A stretch of 64,000 nt of DNA, from positions 1,116,001-1,180,000 of the forward strand of contig CP120455.1 of NCBI GenBank assembly GCA_034226945.1, given 5' to 3'. The translations under genes were made by a program, and so were the position numbers. Position 1 is the stretch's first letter, and each line of letters begins with the position of its first letter. Positions 45,425 through 57,072 of the stretch are shown here, in pieces. This stretch comes from Picochlorum sp. SENEW3. Its lineage: Eukaryota. A model generated the notes under the pieces. The model was not told where the DNA came from. It did no database searches and saw only the letters and a list, made by a program, of their open reading frames with translations.

Positions 45425-46312
45425 GGCGCAAGTTGAATGTCAATCAGAACGATTACAGTGTGCTGACAAATACGAAACCTGCCCCACAATCACATATGCA
45501 TACAAAAAAAACCTAATCACAGGCGTATTTAATGACAAACCCGGGGCTACGGAGCATGCGATTGAGTAAAGTTTGTCACGTGGATCTGGGATTTCGTCAT
45601 GAAGATGACAAGATCTGGTCCTTACATGGTCATGACCCACATTATGGGTTAACCGACTTTAAAGTCCTAATGAATGTGGCATGGATTTAAAATTCTTCGT
45701 ATTCTTTCCACGATCATGGTCAGGAACCTCCAAAGAGTGGCGCAGATGGTCAGACCCGTGCAATTTCTTCTTCTTTGTTCTGTTCATCCGGGTCCAGACA
45801 AGGCATGCCCACCCATGCAACTGAATTCAGTTCAGCCATGTGGATGGTTTGGACATACTAATTCGACAGAATTCGAACGCATCAAGATTCGATGCGATTC
45901 CATGTGTGAGGGCTTTCCCCATCATCCTGGCATAGTTTATTGTATTTATTAGAGTAATAATTCATCTATAGAAAAGAAGAGGAGCGGCAGTATCGCTTCA
46001 CGAATCCAAAACCCACAGAGCAACGAGCACCGTTTCGCTGGACGCACAGCATAGAGCGCCGGCAAGGTTTTCCTCTTTTTCCCGGCTCATAGGCATATAT
46101 ATAGTGTTTAAATCTCCATACTAGGTCGCACGAGTATTGATTGCTCGCGAATCGGTGGTTTTGGAGTTGGCGGGTGTTTGGGCACCAGGGTCAAGTGGCT
46201 ACGTTTTTGAATCGAAGGGCAAGCTTCAATTTGGCTTCCGCTGCTGACGAATATACCATTCTCTCGTTTAGATAGTATCAATTAGTAATCATTTCAGAGA
46301 GATTTTAGAATC

Positions 46313-47898
46313 ATGGCGCTGTCTTGGAATGGAGACGAACGCCGTGGCGGGCGTCGTGACCCCTTGTTTGTTGGCAACAAGATGGGACTTGATGGGGATG
46401 GGCTGAGTGATACAGCGTCGTCAATGACAGTGCAGGAGCCTTCGTATGTGAGCGAGGATGATGCATACTCACTGATGGGACTGTGTAAAGAGATTAATAG
46501 GAATGCAGAGTGGAGTAGATTGAATGCAGAAAAGAGAGCATATCTGAAACAGATGGCGCAGGCAAAGGCAGCGCAGTTCTCTGGTATGGATATGGTGCCT
46601 TCTGGCAAGAGGCAACAAGGTGAAGGATGCGAAGATGATGATCAGAATATCATACAGGCGAGTGAAACCAGTGATGGTTGTGTGGTGTTGCGCATCACCT
46701 TGCTTGCAGCTGGCTTTGTCATAGGTGAGTTTTTTTCATGTTGTTACTGGATTCCACACTAACCGCAAGGGTGATGCTTCACATGGATACATACTTGTGA
46801 TAATATGTAGGTCCTGGTGGTCAGTCTGTCAGGGATATCTCAGAGGTGTCTGTGTGCAAAATTCAGAGCTGGACGGAAACGGTGACTCACTATGGGAGCA
46901 CAAGACGGGTGAGGAAGCTTGTCCTGGATGGCAAGCCGAGGAACGTGGCGCATGCTGTATACATCATCAAAGCTGCAGTAGCGAGATACAAGGACCTTTG
47001 TGAGGGGAATTACTGCAATCAGCTGGTGGATCCTGTACAGCATATTATGGGTGTAGAGTTCATCTACCAGCCACCACCTCGCAAGGCTGTCCCACATGCA
47101 GCTGGCATAACAACGAAGCCACCGAAACAACGGTCATCGAGACGTGGTAAGGAGAATACATGTGAAAACTCCTCAGTAGATCTGCTCAAGTGCTTGTTGG
47201 ATGACACGCCTTTGAATGTGTCCTCCCAACCAAAACAATCTGACTTTTGCAGCTGGTCGAGTACCATCTTGGGTGATGAGAGACAGCGCCACGTGTCTCA
47301 ACATGACACATGGAAAGAGTATCAAAGTTCTGATGATATCATAGAATCTTCTGGCATCTTTTCGAACGATTCGCTTGGCATGAGTGAAGTTCCCTGTGAC
47401 CAAGCAGAGCCAGCACTTTATAGTGAACAGAAAAGGCCATACTCTGCATCACAGGTATCTGCGCAGGCTGGATATCATCTGTTTGCCGACAATGCAGGGC
47501 ATCACCATCACCTCAAAAGTTATCCCTGGGCACATGTGGACATGTTGAGCGACACAAGTGTGGAATCTTTGTTGCATCCAAGGAATGCAAGTTACTATCA
47601 GGGCCCACTCTCTGTACACATGCCTACGTACAGGGATCGGGTTGTGTCCTCACCACAACCGCCACCTGTCTTTGAACGTACATTAAGAAGAAAGAAGGCA
47701 ACTCCAGAGCCGGCGCTCCCTGAGAATTACTTGGAACATATGTTTGCTCTCTTTGATGAAAAGTGTCAACTGGCAGACGATGATGGACCTCAATGTAGTC
47801 TTCTAGGAAAGGTGACGCCTCCAAAGATTCCTCCAAGAACAAGTAGGGTCAAACATGAGGTGACTCCAGGCACGGTAAAGAGGAGAATCCCCTTCTGA
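46313..47898 (+). CDS. KH-domain RNA-binding protein with disordered C-terminus; 2 exons
   Basis: Intron 46725-46810 restores AGFVIGPGGQSVRDISEVSVCKI (KH GxxG loop). Confidence 0.8.
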
Positions 47899-48705
47899 GG
47901 TGCCTGATTTCCTACCATCTTGACACATGCAAAAGAGCCCATTTATTCCAATTCCAATACCCATGCCCAGGTTCGGTGCAGGTTTAGATTTCGCTTCACG
48001 TTTTTATCCAGAATAAATTTCAAAGAGCCACGTCATCATCCTAGAAAGAGAATAGACTGGCCAACAGATATGCAAAAAGAGTAGAATAGATGCTTGAGTA
48101 GTGAGAGAACGCAGCGTGTGCTTCTATTTTTTCATACAAGTTCAATTCATAAATGCAGCTGAAATTTCATGAAAGTAATACTTGGTGTAGGTACACTCCA
48201 ATCAAATAAAAAGAGGAAAAGTTAAATCAGATGCACAATGTTTTATTCCTTATTTCTTCAGAATTCTACAGCAGTAATGCTGAATATTCAGAACAAATGC
48301 ACTGTCAATTTGGTAATTATTTTGTAATACTAGGGCTCATTCTCTTTGTCGAATGCGAGACTGTATATCCTTGTATAGATTGGGTGCTTGTGTCCTTGCT
48401 GGCGTGTACCCTATGCCCATACCTGTTCCGAGGATTGTATACAACCCTCACATTATGAGTTCCAGACTGCTTGGCCAAGCATCCATGGGTGCCTGTGCCA
48501 GACCCATCCCCAATTACACATTCTGCATCTTTCAAAGTATCAAACCGATAAAATTCGTGATTAATTTTAATCTTCGCAGTATACTATTGCATCCTGATAC
48601 AGAACTATGGCAAGCTGACGAAACCGTACGGGTTTCGAAATTCAAAGCACCGGGCTGTTTCTCCAAACGACGGCTGTCGAGGACTCGCCTGTGTGAATTT
48701 TCCTA

Positions 48706-51231
48706 ATGTCTGAAAATGTCACAGTAGGAACGGATGGAGCGTCCATGTATGAAGGGAGCAGTGGGGCAGAAATCGTCCTTGCCGTCGTGGCTGCATTCCT
48801 CTTTGGCTTGTTGATCAGGACCGTCTCCAATCTGATGCCATTCAAGTGGAGAGGATACACCCCGTTGCCATTTACAGCTTCCATGTTGATATGTGGAGCA
48901 CTTTGTGGCTTTATAATCAGTAATACGACAGCAGATGATTACATGAGCGAGGGGTTGAAGATGTTTGAGAGCATCAACCCGAGTGTGTTGTTTGCCGTAT
49001 TCTTGCCGGCTCTGATCACACCATCCGGCATAGGGCTACACCTTCACACTGTGAGTAGAGTATGGATGAAGGCATTTGCTCTGGCAATACCGGGGACCAT
49101 GATTAACGGCATTCTTGTTTGCTTGGTTGCGAAATATGTGTTTCCTTACAGCTGGTCTTGGTCTCAATCATTTCTTCTCGGCTCCATACTTTCAGCTACG
49201 GACCCTGTCAGTGTTGTGAGCATCATGCGAAGTTCTGGAAGCAATCCAGAACTTACGACAGTGATTGAGGGTGAATCATTGCTCAATGATGGTGTAGCAT
49301 ACGTAATGTTTCAAATCTTTTTAGGCTGGGCACTTGGGCAGGACGTCAAGGTTGGATCCACCATTGGCTTTGTATTCAAAGCCAGTTTGGGGGGACCTGC
49401 TCTTGGTATTGCCTTTGCTTTGGCTGTCATGGTTTGGCTTCAGATTTTATTCAATGATACCATCTCTGAGATTACTGTGACTCTGACTGCTGCATATTCC
49501 TTGTGGATATTGAGCGACGAGGTTTTATCTCTTTCTGCAGTTTTAGCGGTACTCTTTTATGCTGTTTTCTTAGGAGCTTTTGGTAAGAATCACGTTAGTG
49601 CTCGTTCAATCAAAGCGTTCAACTTTTTCTGGGATTTTGTCGATTGGGTGGCCAATACTCTTATATTTTTCCTGTCTGGTCTCATAATAGCAGCTGAGAT
49701 CTCTCGAAAAAGTGACAGCATTGGTGGAAAGGATTGGGGGATGGCCTTTGCACTGTATTTCCTGCTTTTACCAATTCGAGTCGTTGGTATTTTGTTGCTG
49801 TATCCGATTTTGAGATTTGGTCAATATGCGTTGACCCTGAAAGATATGGTAATCCTTTCCTGGGCAGGGCTCCGTGGTGCTGTGGGATTGACATTAGCAT
49901 TGATAGTATACAACTCGGCAGATTTGCTTGATGAGCAATTCAAAATACTATGCTTCTTTTTCGTCGCCATGATAGCTGTGCTGACACTATTGATTCAAGG
50001 AACATCCACCAGTATGCTGCTGAAATTGCTGGGGTACACCAAATTGACTCCAACAGAGAAGCATATTTTGTATCGTTCTGCAGAGATGATTGATCAGATT
50101 GCACATCAGACTGTTGAGGAGGAGAAGGGAGCAAAGAGTCTCTTGGGACCTGCAGATTGGGATCTTGTGAATCGCCTGACATCGTTGGATGTGAAGGGAC
50201 AGTTGGAATCTCGTGGAACAAAGAGCAAGGGTGGCGCTCTTGGTACAGATACAGAATATCAGACCATTCACGAGCGAGACTTGATGCAAGACTTACGAGA
50301 GAGATTGCTGCGAGTGGTATATTCAAACTACAAAGTGGCATTCTCGCAAGAGTACTTGACTCCTTCAGAAATAATGGCACTCTCAAACTCGGTTGAAAAG
50401 TCTGAAGACTCGTTGAAAAGCCCCTTGTCAGATTGGTCAGCATTGCGCAAAACATTCAACATAGGCATTGCCTTGGATTCGCCACCAAAGGCGACGAGCA
50501 GCTTTCTGAGCCGATGGCACAAGTTCAAGCTACTTTCAAAAAAGACGGCTGCATTCCTAGCTCGAAGGGAAGGACCTCTACAGAGTCTTGCCAAGAGAAG
50601 TTCTGTCATGGCTGTGACCTTTATTTGTGCTCATGCTGCAGCTCGAAGGCATCTTAAAGTTTTTGTCGAAGTAGAGCTGAGCGATTTGGAGCAATCGGGG
50701 TTGATTAGAGATTCGTCTACATTGAACACCACAAGTTCCATGCCAAGTGTTATGCATTATGTTGACGAGGATGAGATAGAGCCATACTGGGATGCCACGC
50801 GACAAGAGGAGTATTTTGAACTAAATAAAACCTTGGCAGAGGAGATGCCTCGCCATGAGAGCTCCTCAGGTGATTTGACGCGTGAGCGCTCAATGTCTTT
50901 TCACAGGACAGGCAGTGTTTTGAGCCACATGGCAACCAACAGCCTCATCCTTGTGGATGACATCAGAAAGCTTTTGCATCGAGTGCTGCAAGAAAGCAGG
51001 GCTGAGCAACATGAAGCGGAAATGTTTCTGAAGCAACTACGGGAAGTAGATCCCCTTGAATTATTGGAAGCCAGATCTGAAATTGTCTCCGTTTCAGTGC
51101 TGTCCAAAGAGTCACACATGCTTGACTACCTGTACAAGTTGGGTCTACTGGATGACAAGGAGGTTCAATACGCTCAAACGATAGTAAATTCAAGGATGAA
51201 AAAGCTCCATGGACAGTATCATGCTGACTGA
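48706..51231 (+). CDS. Na+/H+ antiporter, SOS1/NHX7-NHX8-like (CPA1)
   Basis: GSILSATDPVSVV, IEGESLLNDG, ANTLIFFLSG, WAGLRGAVGL, TLLIQGT, LLGPADW; about 12 TM segments. Confidence 0.92.
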   Translation: MSENVTVGTDGASMYEGSSGAEIVLAVVAAFLFGLLIRTVSNLMPFKWRGYTPLPFTASMLICGALCGFIISNTTADDYMSEGLKMFESINPSVLFAVFLPALITPSGIGLHLHTVSRVWMKAFALAIPGTMINGILVCLVAKYVFPYSWSWSQSFLLGSILSATDPVSVVSIMRSSGSNPELTTVIEGESLLNDGVAYVMFQIFLGWALGQDVKVGSTIGFVFKASLGGPALGIAFALAVMVWLQILFNDTISEITVTLTAAYSLWILSDEVLSLSAVLAVLFYAVFLGAFGKNHVSARSIKAFNFFWDFVDWVANTLIFFLSGLIIAAEISRKSDSIGGKDWGMAFALYFLLLPIRVVGILLLYPILRFGQYALTLKDMVILSWAGLRGAVGLTLALIVYNSADLLDEQFKILCFFFVAMIAVLTLLIQGTSTSMLLKLLGYTKLTPTEKHILYRSAEMIDQIAHQTVEEEKGAKSLLGPADWDLVNRLTSLDVKGQLESRGTKSKGGALGTDTEYQTIHERDLMQDLRERLLRVVYSNYKVAFSQEYLTPSEIMALSNSVEKSEDSLKSPLSDWSALRKTFNIGIALDSPPKATSSFLSRWHKFKLLSKKTAAFLARREGPLQSLAKRSSVMAVTFICAHAAARRHLKVFVEVELSDLEQSGLIRDSSTLNTTSSMPSVMHYVDEDEIEPYWDATRQEEYFELNKTLAEEMPRHESSSGDLTRERSMSFHRTGSVLSHMATNSLILVDDIRKLLHRVLQESRAEQHEAEMFLKQLREVDPLELLEARSEIVSVSVLSKESHMLDYLYKLGLLDDKEVQYAQTIVNSRMKKLHGQYHAD

Positions 51232-51444
51232 TGATCGCCACGGCGAGATGACCTTGCAGATCTGCATCTATAGATGCACAAGGTGACGTGATTGGCCAGC
51301 GCCCATGGGCGCTCCAGTTGACACGCGCCTGTCGAGCGCGTTGCACGTGCAGTTCGCAGGCACCTTCTGAGGACAATAATAGCGTGAATTGTATGTCTGG
51401 TGATTCATATTATTATTTATATTGTGACAGAATTTGATACCCAA

Positions 51445-52086
51445 ATGAAATTGGCGAGCGCACCTCATAGAATTCAAAGTGGTTCGTTGAGACCAAGACC
51501 TTCCAGACCAGGGTTTGGTGGTTTGATTTCATGCTCCAGTGCCTCTCAAATACAGCACGGACGTGGACGTGGACATGGACACAAAGTATCTCAACAAGCT
51601 AGATCTAGGCGCTTCTCTTCAGTCCAACCCTCAACCTCTGAGGCCGTATGTGGCGTGACCCCGTCTGTTGAATCCTTGTACAGCAGAGCACTCATGTTGG
51701 CAAGGTCTGAGAACTTTGAACAGGCTCGAGAATTGTTTCAAACCGTTGCTGAAAGATTTCCATACTATGAGAAGAATTGGATTTCATGGGCTCAGATGGA
51801 AAAGAGAGCTCACGCCATGAATAGCGAGGTGAAGTGGAACACATGCCGCCAGGTTCTGCAGCAGGCTCTGTCTGTAAATCCTACAGGCGCAAGGCTTATA
51901 CAGGCATGGGGACTTATGGAACTCCAGAAGCGAAATTTTTGGGCTGCTGTCACGATGCTTGACCGCAGTGTATTGTATGATCCATTTCTGAAACCCGTCC
52001 TGCTCTGGAAACCAGTGTTGGAGGCCAGACGACAGAGGGCTATGGAGAGGAAGCACAGGGTACCTTTTCATAGCGGCCACCAGTGA
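51445..52086 (+). CDS. Plastid-targeted short HAT/TPR protein (Mbb1/HCF107-like repeats)
   Basis: Transit peptide-like N-terminus; WISWAQMEK and LIQAWGLMEL HAT repeats. Confidence 0.7.
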   Translation: MKLASAPHRIQSGSLRPRPSRPGFGGLISCSSASQIQHGRGRGHGHKVSQQARSRRFSSVQPSTSEAVCGVTPSVESLYSRALMLARSENFEQARELFQTVAERFPYYEKNWISWAQMEKRAHAMNSEVKWNTCRQVLQQALSVNPTGARLIQAWGLMELQKRNFWAAVTMLDRSVLYDPFLKPVLLWKPVLEARRQRAMERKHRVPFHSGHQ

Positions 52087-52180
52087 TGTCACAATACGGT
52101 TGACGACCTCCCTCAACAACCCATTAAATATACCTACTATTTGTTACATATATACTTTGAATCGATAGTTAAACAAAAAC

Positions 52181-52419
52181 ATGGCTGGTGTTGTCGAAAA
52201 GGTGAAGAACTTTTGCGCTCGTGAGTGGCAAAATGAAAGGGCTCGCGAGGCCAATAAGGTGCGTCATCATGATGGATTTCGCTGACAACTGGTATCAAGG
52301 TTTCATCCATGCAATGGTATTGATGCGAATGTTTCCTGCAGAATTTGCTCAAGGCAGTAGCATTCTTTGCTGGAGCAGTTTTAGTTTCACGCAACTTTGG
52401 CGATGCTTTTGCGATTTAA
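52181..52419 (+). CDS. TOM5: Mitochondrial import receptor subunit TOM5 (51 aa); 2 exons, absent from ORF track
   Basis: Exons 52181-52258 and 52342-52419 give MAGVVEKVKNFCAREWQNERAREANKNLLKAVAFFAGAVLVSRNFGDAFAI, matching the plant TOM5 pattern LLRAxxxFAGxxxxxRxxGD. Confidence 0.85.
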
Positions 52420-52480
52420 TGCAAGTGTAACAATGTGTTGAATTAATAGACATTAACATATGAACATGTAACCGTGTATA

Positions 52481-54310
52481 TCAGCAGATTGGACTCTTCT
52501 CGCAGGTGCACTCGCTCTTCAAAAAGCCTTCTGGAGAGCAGCAGGAGGAGAAGGTCACGACGTCGCCCCCTCGGGTGGCATTCCAGCGCCATACATCACT
52601 CTCGCTGCGGAACTTGCCGGTGGGGTCCAGCTCTTGCACGGCGCACCCGAAATCGCACCAAGACTCTGGATAGTCTTCTGCGCCATCAAAGCATGGCTGG
52701 TGTGTAGGCCAACCAGCCTTGCCCCAATGGAGGCGGGTTGAGTTGCATTCCTCCAGCATAAAGTCAAGCACGGTGTCAAATCCCTCATTTTCTTCTCCTA
52801 AAGAGCGAGACAAGTGATCTTCCAGATTGATGTACATGACTGGATGGCCATATGATGGGCTCAAATAAAAGGGCTCCTCAGATACAAATCTGATCAGCGC
52901 TGGGGGTCTGAATCCATCGCGGATCGATTCGCTATCATCTGATTCATAGATGAGTTGGTTTAGACCTTGCAGACAGTCACCAGCATACTCCAGGGGAATC
53001 GCGACTTCGTACTGATCATATGGCTGAGAGGTTGCTTGAGTCTCGCTACTTCTTTCATTCATAGTCAGGTATGCCTTACTCGCGTCAATTGTTGCTGGAG
53101 TCACGTACGCCCTAAGGGTTCTGAGATATAGTGACCCCCACGTAGATGGGTTCCGTGTAATAGGAATGAATGGTTCAATTTTGTTCGGGTTCTCTGTCTG
53201 ATTGAAGACATTGCCTGCCACTGCTAGAGAACTGGTGATATTTCCTTCTGCTGCAAAGTCGACGACAGGTGAAACGGGAAGCGATTCTTCCTTTTCACTG
53301 ACAATAGATATCGTGTCAAGGGGGATATCAGCTGCAGACTTATTGGCGTACTCGAAATCCACCTTCCAGACCACCCCTGGTTGCACATGCCAGAATGCTT
53401 GTGTCTCATCCACCTTGAAAAGCGCTTCTCTGATTGCTTGGTCATCTCCTGCTTCGATGGCATCGTTATAATCATTTTGAATCGATTGTATCACTGTAGC
53501 AAATTCAGAGAACGTCAGATCTTCAGAGGTTCTCTGGACTTGTTCCTGAGGCTTGATTTTGAGTGTGATATCTGTGATCACTCCCAAACGCCCAATGGAA
53601 ACTCCAGCAGCCTTGAACAAGTGAGGGTTGTCTTCGGGAGAGATGTCGATGATGGTGCCGTTCGCAAGCATCAGCCGCAGGCTCGTCAACTGAGAAGAAA
53701 GACTCCCGTGCTGAAGGGAAGACCCGTGCGTCCCTGTGGCAACAGCACCCCCAATGGTTTGGTCGATGAACCAACTGAAAGCTGGAAGAGTCCACCCGTT
53801 GGGCTCCTTGCCGTACGTGTATTCCGACAGGTACTCCAGCAGGGCACGCTGAGGAATACCGGCGGCCACCGTCACCTCCTGCTTGTCCTCGTCCACCTTG
53901 ATGGGGAAATCCTCTGGGGGCTCCTGTCCATTGAATGTGCTGGGGTTGACTGGATTTTCGATAAAGTCCAGGGTACTTTTGAGCTCGGTCATGACGAGGT
54001 TGACTGCGTTCTCATCATCTCCTGAGCAGAACTGCTCCTGCCACCAACTGTGACCAACACCCACAGCCTGAACAAACTCAAATGAAGTAACGATATCTCT
54101 CATATCACGTATCGTCTCTGGTCTTCCGACAAGAACAGTGGGGTCACACAAATAGTAGCCCTGAAAATTGCCAAGCTGGTAGGGCAGTGAACATTGATCC
54201 TGCTCGACATCAGGGTCCATACGGCAGACCCTTTGAGCTTGCACCACAACGGCCACACAGAGCAGCAGCACAGCAAGCAGCGTGCTCTTCCCTGGCGCAC
54301 ATATTTTCAT
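52481..54310 (-). CDS. Secreted FAD-linked lactone oxidase (L-gulonolactone/arabinonolactone oxidase-like), copy 1
   Basis: Signal peptide; GVGHSW covalent-FAD His; QTIGGAVATGTHGSS; GRLGVI; RLHWGK. Confidence 0.85.
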   Translation of the reverse strand: MKICAPGKSTLLAVLLLCVAVVVQAQRVCRMDPDVEQDQCSLPYQLGNFQGYYLCDPTVLVGRPETIRDMRDIVTSFEFVQAVGVGHSWWQEQFCSGDDENAVNLVMTELKSTLDFIENPVNPSTFNGQEPPEDFPIKVDEDKQEVTVAAGIPQRALLEYLSEYTYGKEPNGWTLPAFSWFIDQTIGGAVATGTHGSSLQHGSLSSQLTSLRLMLANGTIIDISPEDNPHLFKAAGVSIGRLGVITDITLKIKPQEQVQRTSEDLTFSEFATVIQSIQNDYNDAIEAGDDQAIREALFKVDETQAFWHVQPGVVWKVDFEYANKSAADIPLDTISIVSEKEESLPVSPVVDFAAEGNITSSLAVAGNVFNQTENPNKIEPFIPITRNPSTWGSLYLRTLRAYVTPATIDASKAYLTMNERSSETQATSQPYDQYEVAIPLEYAGDCLQGLNQLIYESDDSESIRDGFRPPALIRFVSEEPFYLSPSYGHPVMYINLEDHLSRSLGEENEGFDTVLDFMLEECNSTRLHWGKAGWPTHQPCFDGAEDYPESWCDFGCAVQELDPTGKFRSESDVWRWNATRGGDVVTFSSCCSPEGFLKSECTCEKSPIC

Positions 54311-54759
54311 CTCAAAAGAACTATATCGCATGATAACGAGCACCAACGCCGGGAACGCCCAATGCCGTCTAGATAGAGGCAGACAAGTGGTACCTTTGAA
54401 CAGGTCGTCCCTCAGGACAGTCAACAAATAAACACAATGCAGACGATTAAACAATGAAATGTCATTTGAGCATCGCACCCTTGCAAGGCTTAATGGCACA
54501 CTATGCTTCTTCCAAGCACGATCGAGATTGGCAGCGGGGGAGAATATCGACGTGTCATTTCAATGCTGTTGGACCATCCAAGAGGAAATGTGGGGCTCAG
54601 TTTTGGGCGCCAACTAGAGAGATGCTAGTACTAGTGTCAAAACGATACCTGAGACGCTCTGGGAGCATATTCTTACACTAAATATTTCATCACAAAAAAT
54701 TGATAACATTAGCATCCATCACTGCTGTGAGGATCATCGTTGTCGCGCATGGCAGTACA

Positions 54760-56505
54760 TTAACAGATTGGACTCTTCTCGCAGGTACACTCGCTCTTCA
54801 AAAAGCCTTCTGGAGAGCAGCAGGAGGAGAAGGTCACGACGTCGCCCCCTCGGGTGGCATTCCAGCGCCATACATCACTCTCGCTGCGGAACTTGCCGGT
54901 GGGGTCCAGCTCTTGCACGGCGCACCCGAAATCGCACCAAGACTCTGGATAGTCTTCTGCGCCATCAAAGCATGGCTGGTGTGTAGGCCAACCAGCCTTG
55001 CCCCAGTGAAGCCTGGCTCCGCATTCATTCAGGAAATAATCCATTACCTCATCAAATTCTCGGTTTTGCTGACCACTAGAAATAGACAGATGATCCTCAA
55101 TATTGATGTACATTACTGGGTGACCGTTGCTTGGACTGAGATAGAAGTCTTCACCTGGAATGAAACGAATCAATGCTGGTGTTCTGAATCCAGCGAACAA
55201 ATTTTTTGGCCCATATATTTCATCAATGGCTCCTTTGAGACAGTCTCCTGCTCTATCAATTGGAATGGCCACCTCATATTGATCATATGGTTGCATTGTA
55301 GATGATCGTTTGTTGCCTCCTTCACTCATCGAAATGAACGATTTCGAGGCAGCATACGTGCCAGGGTTGACAAATCCTCTCATTGTGGTGGCATAGATTC
55401 TCGCCCATGTTCGTGCATTGTTGAGAATGGCATTGCTTGTACCGATATCTGCTGTGTCAGATGGAGCGTAGACTTGCAAGGCTCCATCGAATGCCGACAC
55501 ATCTGAGCTCACTTCAATGTTCAAAAGCACATTCTCTGGCTCTTTGTCCAGGTAAGTGTAATCTGTTCTCCACACAGCCTTGCTGGCAACGTGCCACAAA
55601 GCCTGTGTTTCATCCAACTTGGCCAGGGCCAATTTTGCTGCCTCATCATCTCCAGCAGCAATAGCGGCATTATACTGATCTTGAACTTTCTTGACTTCAT
55701 TCGCTAATTCTTCAATTTCGATATCACGGAGATTTCTGGTAACTGCCTGCTGAGGCTTGATTTTGAGTGTGATATCTGTGATCACTCCCAAACGCCCAAT
55801 GGAAACTCCAGCAGCCTTGAACAAGTGAGGGTTGTCTTCGGGAGAGATGTCGATGATGGTGCCGTTCGCAAGCATCAGCCGCAGGCTCGTCAACTGAGAA
55901 GAAAGACTCCCGTGCTGAAGGGAAGACCCGTGGGTCCCTGTGGCTACAGCACCCCCAATGGTTTGGTCGATGAACCAACTGAAAGCTGGAAGAGTCCACC
56001 CGTTGGGCTCCTTGCCGTACGTGTATTCCGACAGGTACTCCAGCAAGGCACGCTGAGGAATACCGGCGGCCACCGTCACCTCCTGCTTGTCCTCGTCCAC
56101 CTTGATGGGGAAATCCTCTGGGGGCTCCTGTCCATTGAATGTGCTGGGGTTGACTGGATTTTCGATAAAGTCCAGGGTACTTTTGAGCTCGGTCATGACG
56201 AGGTTGACTGCGTTCTCGTCATCTCCTGAGCAGAACTGCTCCTGCCACCAACTGTGACCAACACCCACAGCCTTCACTCTGTCATAGGCTTCTACAATCT
56301 TGGAGGCCTCTTCCAGATTCTCTGGACGCCCCACCCCGACTGCTGGATTACATTCGTAGAAGCCCTGGAAATTTCCAAGCTCGAGAGGCAGCGCACACCC
56401 ATCGTGTGCTGCACTACCAACCATCCTGCACTTTCCAGCAAAAGCTGTTCCAAACAGCCCAAGCATGGCAAAAAATGCAAGAGATGTGATCTTTCTCTGA
56501 TTCAT
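54760..56505 (-). CDS. Secreted FAD-linked lactone oxidase (L-gulonolactone oxidase-like), copy 2
   Basis: Same motifs as copy 1; tandem paralog. Confidence 0.88.
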   Translation of the reverse strand: MNQRKITSLAFFAMLGLFGTAFAGKCRMVGSAAHDGCALPLELGNFQGFYECNPAVGVGRPENLEEASKIVEAYDRVKAVGVGHSWWQEQFCSGDDENAVNLVMTELKSTLDFIENPVNPSTFNGQEPPEDFPIKVDEDKQEVTVAAGIPQRALLEYLSEYTYGKEPNGWTLPAFSWFIDQTIGGAVATGTHGSSLQHGSLSSQLTSLRLMLANGTIIDISPEDNPHLFKAAGVSIGRLGVITDITLKIKPQQAVTRNLRDIEIEELANEVKKVQDQYNAAIAAGDDEAAKLALAKLDETQALWHVASKAVWRTDYTYLDKEPENVLLNIEVSSDVSAFDGALQVYAPSDTADIGTSNAILNNARTWARIYATTMRGFVNPGTYAASKSFISMSEGGNKRSSTMQPYDQYEVAIPIDRAGDCLKGAIDEIYGPKNLFAGFRTPALIRFIPGEDFYLSPSNGHPVMYINIEDHLSISSGQQNREFDEVMDYFLNECGARLHWGKAGWPTHQPCFDGAEDYPESWCDFGCAVQELDPTGKFRSESDVWRWNATRGGDVVTFSSCCSPEGFLKSECTCEKSPIC

Positions 56506-57072
56506 GATGCAACCTATATTGCCTTCTTCCTAGCAAGCACAAAGATGAATTTTCGCAGCGGTGCAGAGTGGAGCTTGTTGCGGAATGCAAGGTCACCCCT
56601 GTGTGTACCTGCACTAGATCCTTTTGTCTTTTGGCTGACTGTCAACTACATACACCAAAGAAAAACTTTGGATGCTTATGAACACGCGACACCGATGCAT
56701 GGGATTGTATACCGAGTGATGCAGTTTTGCCACGTGTTGGACCAACAAACATGTCTTGGACTGTTCCCAAGTGCCAGATGTGATCCCGTCGGGTCGGTGC
56801 CTCCCATCAACCGCGCCACCGATGGGCAACAGAGACCCATGGGAAAACGTTCGGTGCTCCAGATTTTCCGTGTCCGCGGCGACATACTACTCGCCTCCAT
56901 TCTCTTCATTCATGAACTGCATGCCTTCCATCATTGACCTTCATGGTCGATCCTGAGAGTCCTCATGGGCTGCATGCCTCTCAGACTGGCTCAGTGAGTC
57001 GACAGCTGCTGGTGCGGCAGACTTTTCAGAGTCATCAGTTACACCCAAGAAATAATGTTGATCTGATACAAC

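Noticed and set aside
51445..52419. HAT gene-TOM5 as a third bicistronic pair
   Set aside because: The spacer is 94 nt and AT-rich, and the upstream ORF has many internal ATGs, which does not fit leaky scanning.
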